In this document: piece after piece, positions 1-6,871 of the stretch
How positions within the stretch are numbered: position 1 is the stretch's first letter
Layout: every line of letters starts with the position of its first letter
Assembly (NCBI GenBank): GCA_964649635.1
Contig: CAZYSF010000612.1
Coordinates: forward strand, 1-35,278
Direction: 5' to 3'
DNA length: 35,278 nt
From: an uncultured Anaerolineales bacterium
Lineage (GTDB): Bacteria > Chloroflexota > Anaerolineae > Anaerolineales > RBG-16-64-43
The notes under the pieces: generated by a model
Seen by the model: only the letters and a program-made list of their open reading frames with translations
Database searches by the model: none
What the model was told of the DNA's origin: nothing
Program-made: the position numbers and the translations under genes

Positions 1-101
1 ACGACGTCCAGGATTTTCGAGTTCTTGAAGATGGAAACATAGAACTCCGCGGCTTCTTCGGCGTTGTCGTTGAACCAAAGGAATGGTGTGATTTTAGGCA
101 T
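1..101 (-). CDS. PhnB-like VOC-superfamily protein (3-demethylubiquinone-9 3-methyltransferase-domain family), first 33 codons only; gene runs off the left edge
   Basis: Hand translation of the reverse strand from ATG at 101-99 gives [33 protein letters not shown], a typical N-terminus of this family. The frame stays open to position 1. It is absent from the ORF track because it is truncated. Confidence 0.7.
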   Translation of the reverse strand, partial: MPKITPFLWFNDNAEEAAEFYVSIFKNSKILDV

Positions 102-268
102 GCCTGCATCCGCCTTTCTGGTTCCCACATTACTACCGGCGAAATTAACATTATATTAAATACACCCGCCATTACAGGCGGAATAAATGAGGACATTTGA
201 AAAAAACGGAAAATTCAATTCGGATCCGCATGTCGCCGATGGGATCCTTCCAGGACCCCTTTCAGAAG

Positions 269-646
269 TTAAAAAGCCTTTTCTTCCATCAGGCCAACGA
301 GGTTCCCGTCCGGATCCCGGATAAAAGCAATCCACAGTTCATGATCCTTCATTTTCGCAACCGGATGCGGCGCCCGCTCCTTCCCCGCGCCGCGCTCGAG
401 CAGGTCCGCATACGCGGCGGCAATATCCCGCACCTTGAAATACAGGATGGAATTCTTGCCGACCGCGCCCGCCCCTTCCGGAATGCTTAGCATGATCCGG
501 ACGGGTCCGGCGGATAAAAACGCCTGATGCGGCGATGGGCTGAAAAGGAAGGTCAATCCGAGCACGTCGCGATAGAAGGGCAGCACCTTACCCACATCGC
601 TGACGGGTATCGCGATCTGGCCGATTTCCGACAGACGGGTTCCCAT
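269..646 (-). CDS. VOC family protein (glyoxalase/bleomycin-resistance/dioxygenase fold)
   Basis: 125-aa ORF. IPVSDVGKVLPFYRDVLGL and HELWIAFIRDPDGNLVGLME are typical VOC module ends. Confidence 0.85.
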   Translation of the reverse strand: MGTRLSEIGQIAIPVSDVGKVLPFYRDVLGLTFLFSPSPHQAFLSAGPVRIMLSIPEGAGAVGKNSILYFKVRDIAAAYADLLERGAGKERAPHPVAKMKDHELWIAFIRDPDGNLVGLMEEKAF

Positions 647-856
647 TTTGCGCCTCCTCTCAAATCCAGCGGCTGCCGCAATCGGATGATCCCATTAAAG
701 AGATTATCGTTTTATGAGAATTCGGATCCGCCGGGAACACCGCCGAAATGCCGGTTCGCGTCCGGGTCATACCAGAGCCATATCACTCCCAGACCCATCG
801 CGCCGGTCGGCCGTTCCCCGCGCATGGTCGCCCGGCGGGGATGCCGGCCGGGAAAA

Positions 857-1372
857 TTATGCTTCCTCCAAAGGAAAAATTTTTTCCCCGGCGCGGATCG
901 GCACCGGAATATGGTTTTCCGCCGGCGTAATGGGGCAAGACCAGCGTTCGTTGTACGCGCAGTAGGGGTTATGGGCGTAGTTGAAATCGACGATCAGCGC
1001 GCCGTCCTCCGCCGGCTGCGGTTCAAGATAGCGCCCTGCCGGATACGTCTCCACGCCCCGCAGGGAATCCACGAACGGGAGGAAGAACCTGTCCTGACGT
1101 TTATAAACGGTGAGTGCGGTGCCCCGGCCTTCCACCGGGAATTCGATTTTCCCGTAGCGCTGATACGTCTGGGTATCGCCGGTCGTGGTTTGCATCACGA
1201 CGTCATACTTGGCCGTAAATTCCCGGATGCGCAGTTCGAACCGCAACCCGGGATTTTCCGGAAAATAGATCAATCCCTTGAATTGCGCTTTTTGCGCATC
1301 GGTCAAGGGGCTTTGCGGATCCAGTCTGAAAAGAGCATCCCTCTCCTGCCGGAACTCGGTCAATCGGCTCAT
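857..1372 (-). CDS. DUF1684 domain-containing protein
   Basis: 171-aa ORF. GRYL and DFNYAHNPYCAYNERWSCPITPAENHIPVPIRAGEK match the DUF1684 C-terminal signature as I recall it. Confidence 0.8.
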   Translation of the reverse strand: MSRLTEFRQERDALFRLDPQSPLTDAQKAQFKGLIYFPENPGLRFELRIREFTAKYDVVMQTTTGDTQTYQRYGKIEFPVEGRGTALTVYKRQDRFFLPFVDSLRGVETYPAGRYLEPQPAEDGALIVDFNYAHNPYCAYNERWSCPITPAENHIPVPIRAGEKIFPLEEA

Positions 1373-1444
1373 ACGGCACCGCTTCCTTCATGCTCCTGTG
1401 CGCGCGATCATGGCCGGCCGCGATCTCCGCCGGCCTTTCCAACC

Positions 1445-1693
1445 CTACGATCCCGCCAGCCTTTCTGTTTTAAAGATCACCGGCCGGCCTCCGTCGGCGC
1501 AGCACGAGATATTCACGCCCTCGCGCAAGGCGGACGGAAATTCCCCGCCCAGGCAGATCGTCTGGACGTTCTTGGCGATGTCGGCCCAGGCCGAACTGCA
1601 GAATCCCTCCGGCATCGTCCACGGATCCCCCATGAAAAATTCCTGCCCCTCCCGGAAAACTTCGCAGGTGCCAAAACCGGGCTTTGAAAACAA
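1445..1693 (-). CDS. TIGR04076 family small Cys-rich protein (in-frame part; true start probably ATG at 1742 in a frame offset by one base)
   Basis: The 82-aa ORF contains GDPWTMPEGFCSSAWADI and CCADGGRPVIFK, typical of TIGR04076. The upstream in-frame codons read KIFVFQVAYNKEIAQ with no ATG/GTG/TTG. See the frameshift finding. Confidence 0.75.
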   Translation of the reverse strand: MFSKPGFGTCEVFREGQEFFMGDPWTMPEGFCSSAWADIAKNVQTICLGGEFPSALREGVNISCCADGGRPVIFKTERLAGS

Positions 1694-1779
1694 TTGGGCG
1701 ATTTCCTTGTTGTAGGCAACCTGGAAAACGAAAATTTTTCATTTTGGTCCTCCCTTCAGGATAATGATGAATCCGGCGC

Positions 1780-2304
1780 TTATTCAAGGGAAATGCGCTT
1801 CTCCATGAGCGCCACTTGTTTCTTCCCGTCATAAGGCCATTGGGAGCCGACCTCCCGAAAGCCGTGCGCCTGGTGGAACCGGAGAGAGACCGGATTGGGG
1901 GGAACGATATCCACTTCACAGGTGATCCGCGGGAGCTTGCGTTCCCGGCAATACGCCGCCAGGTCCCGATACAGCATTTTCCCGAAGCCTTGGTTCCGGA
2001 AACCCTCCCGGACCACCAGCCGGTCGATGTACAGAAACGAAGCATACCGGTTTTTAAACCAAAGGAAGTTCGGACTGTCATAGCCCGCATCCTCGCAAAA
2101 GGCCAGGACGAACGCGACAATCCGGCCGTCCTGTTCCAGAACCTTATGATAAGCGGATTGCGCGAGCAGCGCTTCCAGCCGCTCGCGGGATAATGGGCTC
2201 AGGAATTGTTCGGAATCCAAATTCAATTCCAGCACAGCCGGAATATCGGCTTCGGCGATATCCCGGATATGTCCCATATCCGCCGCCGGTTGTACGCCTT
2301 TCAT
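1780..2304 (-). CDS. GNAT family N-acetyltransferase
   Basis: The ATG at 2304 overlaps the stop of the upstream CPBP gene (ATGA at 2301-2304). It has an acetyl-CoA-site-like RNQGFGKMLY motif. The 261-aa track ORF is an N-terminal over-extension that runs into the CPBP gene. Confidence 0.85.
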   Translation of the reverse strand: MKGVQPAADMGHIRDIAEADIPAVLELNLDSEQFLSPLSRERLEALLAQSAYHKVLEQDGRIVAFVLAFCEDAGYDSPNFLWFKNRYASFLYIDRLVVREGFRNQGFGKMLYRDLAAYCRERKLPRITCEVDIVPPNPVSLRFHQAHGFREVGSQWPYDGKKQVALMEKRISLE

Positions 2305-3092
2305 TTTTCGCGCAGGCCTTTCCGCGCGAGAACCGCAAAGCAGGCATGCATCCCCAAAACCAGGATCCCCCACCCGATAACCCCGATCCATCCCGTTTCG
2401 GGCATAAAGGAGGGGTGGCCCATCCACCATTGCGGCGCGTTCGGCGTTGTGATCAGGAACCATCCCAGAAGGCTCGAGCCGATGTTTATTCCAAAGTGGA
2501 TTCCATAGGGAAGCCACAACGACTTTCCCGTTTTCAGAAAGCCCATGCTCAGCGCGACCCCCCAAAAGATGAAAGTGATCATGCCGATGGCGATTTGACC
2601 GGCCGGTATCCCGGATGCCGCCATGGAGGCGATATGCCCGGTTGCCCAGAGCAGGGAAGCCAGAATGACGGCCGGGGCGAGGGGAATTTTCCGGCCCAGG
2701 GTTTGGATGAAGAACCCCCGGAAGACGAGTTCCTCGATCCCGACGATGAAGAACATTTTCAACATGGTCAGAAGCAGATACAGCACGAAGTCACCAGGTG
2801 ATTCCGTTCTTGGAGCAACCGTTATCCAGCCTCCCAGCACCGGAACAACCGTGAAAAGGACCGGGATGACCAGACCAAACATCAGCCCGGCCGCAAGGCG
2901 CCGGAGCCAGCCTGCGGATAAGCGATATCCCAGGTCTGCAAAGGCGCGCCCATCGCGGCGCCAGATCCAGATCGCGCCCAGGGGCAGGAGCAGGACGAAG
3001 GTCAGCGGGGAAAGCCAGGCCAGGGACGGGAAGGCGACCGCCAGCACAACCGCGATCAGGGCCATGAAGGCAAGAACAAGCGTAAACATCAT
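2301..3092 (-). CDS. CPBP family intramembrane glutamic endopeptidase (CAAX protease/Abi-like)
   Basis: 263 aa and multi-pass hydrophobic. It carries EELVFRG (EExxxR), WATGH and PYGIHFGINIG (HxxxN) motifs. Confidence 0.85.
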   Translation of the reverse strand: MMFTLVLAFMALIAVVLAVAFPSLAWLSPLTFVLLLPLGAIWIWRRDGRAFADLGYRLSAGWLRRLAAGLMFGLVIPVLFTVVPVLGGWITVAPRTESPGDFVLYLLLTMLKMFFIVGIEELVFRGFFIQTLGRKIPLAPAVILASLLWATGHIASMAASGIPAGQIAIGMITFIFWGVALSMGFLKTGKSLWLPYGIHFGINIGSSLLGWFLITTPNAPQWWMGHPSFMPETGWIGVIGWGILVLGMHACFAVLARKGLREK

Positions 3093-3116
3093 TTTCCTTT
3101 TTCCATTCCGAGAGGA

Positions 3117-3536
3117 TCAATCCGCGACAAACGGCAGAAAATAAAAAAGGGCGTTAGCAAAACTGATAACCACCACCGAATAATTCAAAACCAGGAGGAT
3201 GGCGTTGTGTTCGATCTTCGACGGCGGGAAATAGACAAGCTGCCACAACGCGCGCCACACCCAGAATGCCGCGAGCGCCGCAGCGAGTCCGCCCGCCAGC
3301 CCGTCCGCCCGGGCAAGTTCCTCCGAATATCCGATGGAGATGAAGGCGAACAGGAACAGCATCAGGGCGAGCGCGACGAGAATGGTATCTATCAATTTCC
3401 GGTTAAGCGGACTTAACGCGGAAATTTCCTTCGACCACCCCGGAAAGAAAAGCCGCCAGACCGGGGGAATATGAAAAACCACCAATCCAAGCGTCAGTAA
3501 TCCCGCGATAAAAATGAAAATCCCGTTCATCGACAT
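3117..3536 (-). CDS. hypothetical multi-pass membrane protein
   Basis: Hydrophobic ORF. The ATG at 3536 is preceded by AAGGAGA at 5-nt spacing, so it is preferred over the ATG at 3551. No family recognised. Confidence 0.55.
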   Translation of the reverse strand: MSMNGIFIFIAGLLTLGLVVFHIPPVWRLFFPGWSKEISALSPLNRKLIDTILVALALMLFLFAFISIGYSEELARADGLAGGLAAALAAFWVWRALWQLVYFPPSKIEHNAILLVLNYSVVVISFANALFYFLPFVAD

Positions 3537-3609
3537 GGGGTCTCCTTGCATAAGCCGATCCGCTCTTGCCCGCAGGAAAACGGGCGGACTGCGGAGCGAT
3601 CGTCCAGCC

Positions 3610-4095
3610 TCATTCTTCCATCCATTTCAGTTTTTCTTCGTTTTTAATCGCGAGCGCGGCTTGGAACCGCAATTTCGTCAGGCTGCGCGAGCAGCGGATG
3701 ATCGCGTTGGGAGGCATGTATTTTACCGGAAGGTCGAGCGGCTCGGCATTCAGCGAATCGTTCAAACAAGGCTTATAGCGTTTGATCATCATTTCTTCCG
3801 CGAGCGCCGGATCGTTGCGGATGGCGGAGAATTCGGGGGACCGGGAGCTCGAGAGCTCGATCTCGTAATTCATGGACGCGGGCCAGTTGGTGAATAAAAA
3901 ACGGCCGACAACGGAACGGACTTTCCAGCCGTTGCGAATATGCTCCCACACCCGGCCGAAAGCCTGATACGACCGTCCGACATAAAAGACGGTCTCCCCA
4001 TCGCGAATGCAATACAGATCGTACCCTTTCCAATCCGGGGGACATTCGTCGAGCAGGATAAACTGCTTCAGCTTAATGGAAAAATTATTGTGCAT
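3610..4095 (-). CDS. GIY-YIG nuclease family protein (stand-alone, about 161 aa)
   Basis: LYCIRDGETVFYVGRS (GIY..YIG-type), RVWEH and AEEMMIKRYKPCLN (E...N) fit the GIY-YIG core order. The start is placed at MHNNF (4095) because the longer 198-aa version would read through the SDR terminator hairpin. Confidence 0.6.
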   Translation of the reverse strand: MHNNFSIKLKQFILLDECPPDWKGYDLYCIRDGETVFYVGRSYQAFGRVWEHIRNGWKVRSVVGRFLFTNWPASMNYEIELSSSRSPEFSAIRNDPALAEEMMIKRYKPCLNDSLNAEPLDLPVKYMPPNAIIRCSRSLTKLRFQAALAIKNEEKLKWMEE

Positions 4096-4172
4096 GAAAG
4101 GGAATTTCCATTTATGCCCGATGTGCCTTATGCAGCCAATTATTACCACAGAAAGCACAAAAGACACAAAAT

Positions 4173-4198
4173 GAAACCTCGCTTTACGGCGAGGTCTC
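4173..4198 (-). terminator. rho-independent terminator downstream of the SDR gene
   Basis: The minus-strand RNA reads GAGACCUCGC-CGUAAA-GCGAGGUUUC, followed by the U-rich AUUUUGUGUCUUUUGUGCUUUC. It lies 41 nt after the stop at 4239. Confidence 0.65.
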
Positions 4199-4238
4199 CA
4201 TCCCATGCTTCATCTTTCGCGGAGGGCTTAAAAGACCG

Positions 4239-5078
4239 TCAGATTTCCTCCACCGTCATTGGCCTGGGTTGCTTGCCGTCCACATCGGTAAATCCATATT
4301 CTTTTGCCAGCGCGGCCGCCACAAGGGTTTTGCCGGATTTATGCATGATGTCCGGATCGCCGGCGAGTGCCGCAACGGTCCGTCCGATAAATTGCGGCGA
4401 TTCCGAATTCGATAAATCCCAATACTCAGCCGCTTTCATGATCGCCTCCGTGCGAACCAGACCCGGGTACAGGGAAACGGCTGCCACATTGTGCGCGCGC
4501 AATTCGTACGCCATGCAAGCCGCCATCCGATCCGAAGCCGCCTTCGCGACCCCATAGGCAACCCCCTTGTCATCCCGTTGAGCCGCAAAGAATGAGATAT
4601 TGACGATCAAACCGGCGTGTTGTGCAATCATGATCGGCGCGGCAAAAACGCTGGCAACATATTGGGCGCGGACTCCCGCCTGGAACATTGAATCCCAGCG
4701 TGAAATCGGAACGGTCCAGAAACCCTCTTCCTTCCAGAACTCGGTCCCGTTATTAAAGTGCTCATAGCCGCCCCAGACATTATTAACCAGAATATCCAAA
4801 TGCTCCTGTTCGGCGCGGATACGCCCAAACAGGGCTTCTACTTCCGGATCATTCATGTGATCGCACCGGACGGCAATCCCTTTCCCGCCGAGCCTTGTGA
4901 CCTCGTCGGCGGTTTGATGAATTGTGCCGGACAGGGCCACGGCGGCTTTGCCTTCCTCCGTCGTCCGGCCCGTGACATAGACGGTCGCTCCGGCTTCGCC
5001 CAGACCCAATGCAACGCCCTTGCCAACCCCGCGGCTCGCCCCCGTCACGAGGGCGACTTTACCGGCCAGAGATTTCAT
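4239..5078 (-). CDS. SDR family oxidoreductase
   Basis: MKSLAGKVALVTGASRGVGKG (TGxxxGxG), NNVWGG and YGVAK (YxxxK). Start chosen at 5078 so that the Rossmann motif sits near the N-terminus. Confidence 0.9.
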   Translation of the reverse strand: MKSLAGKVALVTGASRGVGKGVALGLGEAGATVYVTGRTTEEGKAAVALSGTIHQTADEVTRLGGKGIAVRCDHMNDPEVEALFGRIRAEQEHLDILVNNVWGGYEHFNNGTEFWKEEGFWTVPISRWDSMFQAGVRAQYVASVFAAPIMIAQHAGLIVNISFFAAQRDDKGVAYGVAKAASDRMAACMAYELRAHNVAAVSLYPGLVRTEAIMKAAEYWDLSNSESPQFIGRTVAALAGDPDIMHKSGKTLVAAALAKEYGFTDVDGKQPRPMTVEEI

Positions 5079-5207
5079 TATGAGGTCCTTTCCATTTTTG
5101 CAATCATTCAAGCGAAGGGAGATGACGCTGGAAATAATCCGCCTCCCCCTTGCCGGCTTCCATGGAAAATCATAGGAGGATCCGCAGGGGGAACGCCGCG
5201 AAAATGA

Positions 5208-6521
5208 TCATGCGGGGATCACAGCCAGCAGTTCTTTCATCAGGCCGGTGCAGCGGCGGTCCAGGTCGCGGCCCGCGGCGAGCGCCGCCTTTTGCACGTC
5301 GGCCGGCGCATTCTTTTCCTTGGCGGCATCGAGCTTCGCGCCGCATTCGCGGTACAGGCCGGCAAGTTCGCGGCACAGATCGGCCGCCTTTCCCCCGTCC
5401 ATCGAGGATTCCAATCCGGTGAAGAACTCGGCGGCCATCATCCGGCATTCCTTCCACACGCTCCCGCTCCACCAGTGGCCGTGAGAAGTGCCCAGCCCCC
5501 GGTCTATGCCCTCCAGCCACCATTCCCAGGCGCCGTCGCCGCTCCGGTAACCCGGCACCTGAAACTCCTCCGGCGCGGATTGCAACCGGACGGCGGTGGA
5601 AAGGGCCGTGCGCAGCAAACTGCGCTCGTCGGCTCGCAGGTCGTCCTTCTCCAGAAGCGTAAACATCACCCATCCGTCCCGGTCGAAGGCTTCCTTCCAT
5701 GTGCCGAAGCTCAGGGAGGGCAGCTCGACGCCCGATTCCCCGTTCCATGGCTGGATGAAAATGAAGCCCTTGGTATCGTAACCGGAGATCAGCTGGTGCT
5801 CCAGAAAATCGAGGACGCACAGCTTGCCGGCATCCAGGTGGGCGCGGATCTTATTTTCCGCCTGCTCCAACTCCGAAGCGGAGGCTCCCTTCTTCAGGTC
5901 GACCACATCGACCTTACGGATCCCCAGGTTGCGCATGGCGAACCAGAAATGATCCTTCGTCCAGGCGTACGGCGAACTGGGGCAGAGTTCCTTGTGGATA
6001 TTGATCATGAAGGCATGGGTGGAGTATCCGAACAACTGCGGTACCGACCAATCCAGGTCGTAGAAGTCGGAGGCGCCCTTCATGCATCCCATCAGCGTGG
6101 TGCACAGGTCGTTTTGTTTCAGGTTTTTAAGTTCCATGATGTTCAGCGGCTCCTTCATACGGGATATGAAATTGCGCTGCTTTCGGTCCATGGTCTGGAG
6201 TTCGCCCGGGGTGACGCCGAACCAGGATTTGAAAGCGGTGGTGAAATTATCCTGGGAGCTGTAGCCGAATCGATAGCACACGTCGACGATGCGCTCGCCG
6301 GCCAGCAGCGCCCGGGCCGCCTCGGTCAGGCGCCGTTTGCGGAGATAACCCGAAGGCGTTTCGCCGGCGATGTTGTAGAACTTCTGCCGCAGGCGGTTTT
6401 CGGAATACCCGGCGACTTTCGCCAGACTCGATCCGGGCCCGGGATCGGTCAGGTGTTCTTCCATCCAGGCGGTCATCTGCAGCACCAGCAGCCGGTCATC
6501 CATCGGCGGCCATGCTCCCAT
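5208..6521 (-). CDS. AraC family transcriptional regulator with N-terminal HTH and about 320-aa unassigned C-terminal domain
   Basis: Residues about 10-110 carry the AraC double-HTH signature (LAKVAGYSENRLRQKF ... GYSSQDNFTTAFKSWFGVTPGE). The rest is not confidently assignable. An alternative start is the ATG at 6503. Confidence 0.8.
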   Translation of the reverse strand: MGAWPPMDDRLLVLQMTAWMEEHLTDPGPGSSLAKVAGYSENRLRQKFYNIAGETPSGYLRKRRLTEAARALLAGERIVDVCYRFGYSSQDNFTTAFKSWFGVTPGELQTMDRKQRNFISRMKEPLNIMELKNLKQNDLCTTLMGCMKGASDFYDLDWSVPQLFGYSTHAFMINIHKELCPSSPYAWTKDHFWFAMRNLGIRKVDVVDLKKGASASELEQAENKIRAHLDAGKLCVLDFLEHQLISGYDTKGFIFIQPWNGESGVELPSLSFGTWKEAFDRDGWVMFTLLEKDDLRADERSLLRTALSTAVRLQSAPEEFQVPGYRSGDGAWEWWLEGIDRGLGTSHGHWWSGSVWKECRMMAAEFFTGLESSMDGGKAADLCRELAGLYRECGAKLDAAKEKNAPADVQKAALAAGRDLDRRCTGLMKELLAVIPA

Positions 6522-6690
6522 TTGGCAGGATACGCTTTATTGAGGGGTTTTTCTTTTTATTATCCATCCTAACTTCACCCGAAAAAATATTGCACATTAG
6601 CCGGAAAACCAATAATAAATGAGATGCCCTGAATTTTCGCGCCCGTCACAATTCGAAATTTGTTATTTCGGCCCACCGGAAAACGGCGTG

Positions 6691-6786
6691 GATTCCCGCT
6701 GCGAACACCCTCACTTCGCGTGCATCCCGGCGCATGAACCAGACGCGCGCCGGGATGCTTTGCGAGAGCAGGCGCGGGAAAGACGA
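6691..6786. repeat. 96-nt GC-rich structured intergenic repeat, long form, copy A
   Basis: It aligns without gaps to 15490-15585 (75 of 96 identical by hand count). Three nested stems are present. It lies 86 nt 3' of the malic enzyme stop. Confidence 0.75.
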
Positions 6787-6871
6787 ACGGACGATTCCAA
6801 GGGTAATTCCGATTCTCCCTCGGGGTGGCGGGGCTTTTGAACCGGCGAGAAAGTTGCCAACCCGCATTCGA

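Noticed and set aside
1234-1242. GTTCGAACC, resembling a tRNA T-loop
   Set aside because: It lies inside the DUF1684 coding frame, and no acceptor or anticodon arms can be drawn around it. I found no tRNA-like cloverleaf anywhere in the window.
1780-2565. Over-long N-terminal extensions of track ORFs (GNAT 261 aa; also GIY-YIG 198 aa, DUF998 278 aa, GH26 479 aa, proC 314 aa, SBP 467 aa)
   Set aside because: The extensions overlap upstream genes or terminators and lack SD sites. Internal ATGs with good SD sequences give products of canonical length.
5292-6572. 426-aa plus-strand ORF antisense to the AraC regulator; the same applies to 17436-18821 (461 aa), 25670-27070 (466 aa), 10528-11493 (321 aa), 11527-12246 and 7973-8581
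   Set aside because: All are mirror-frame ORFs opposite genes with clear family signatures. Their composition is biased to R, G, P, A and H, they lack SD sites, and no domains were recognised.
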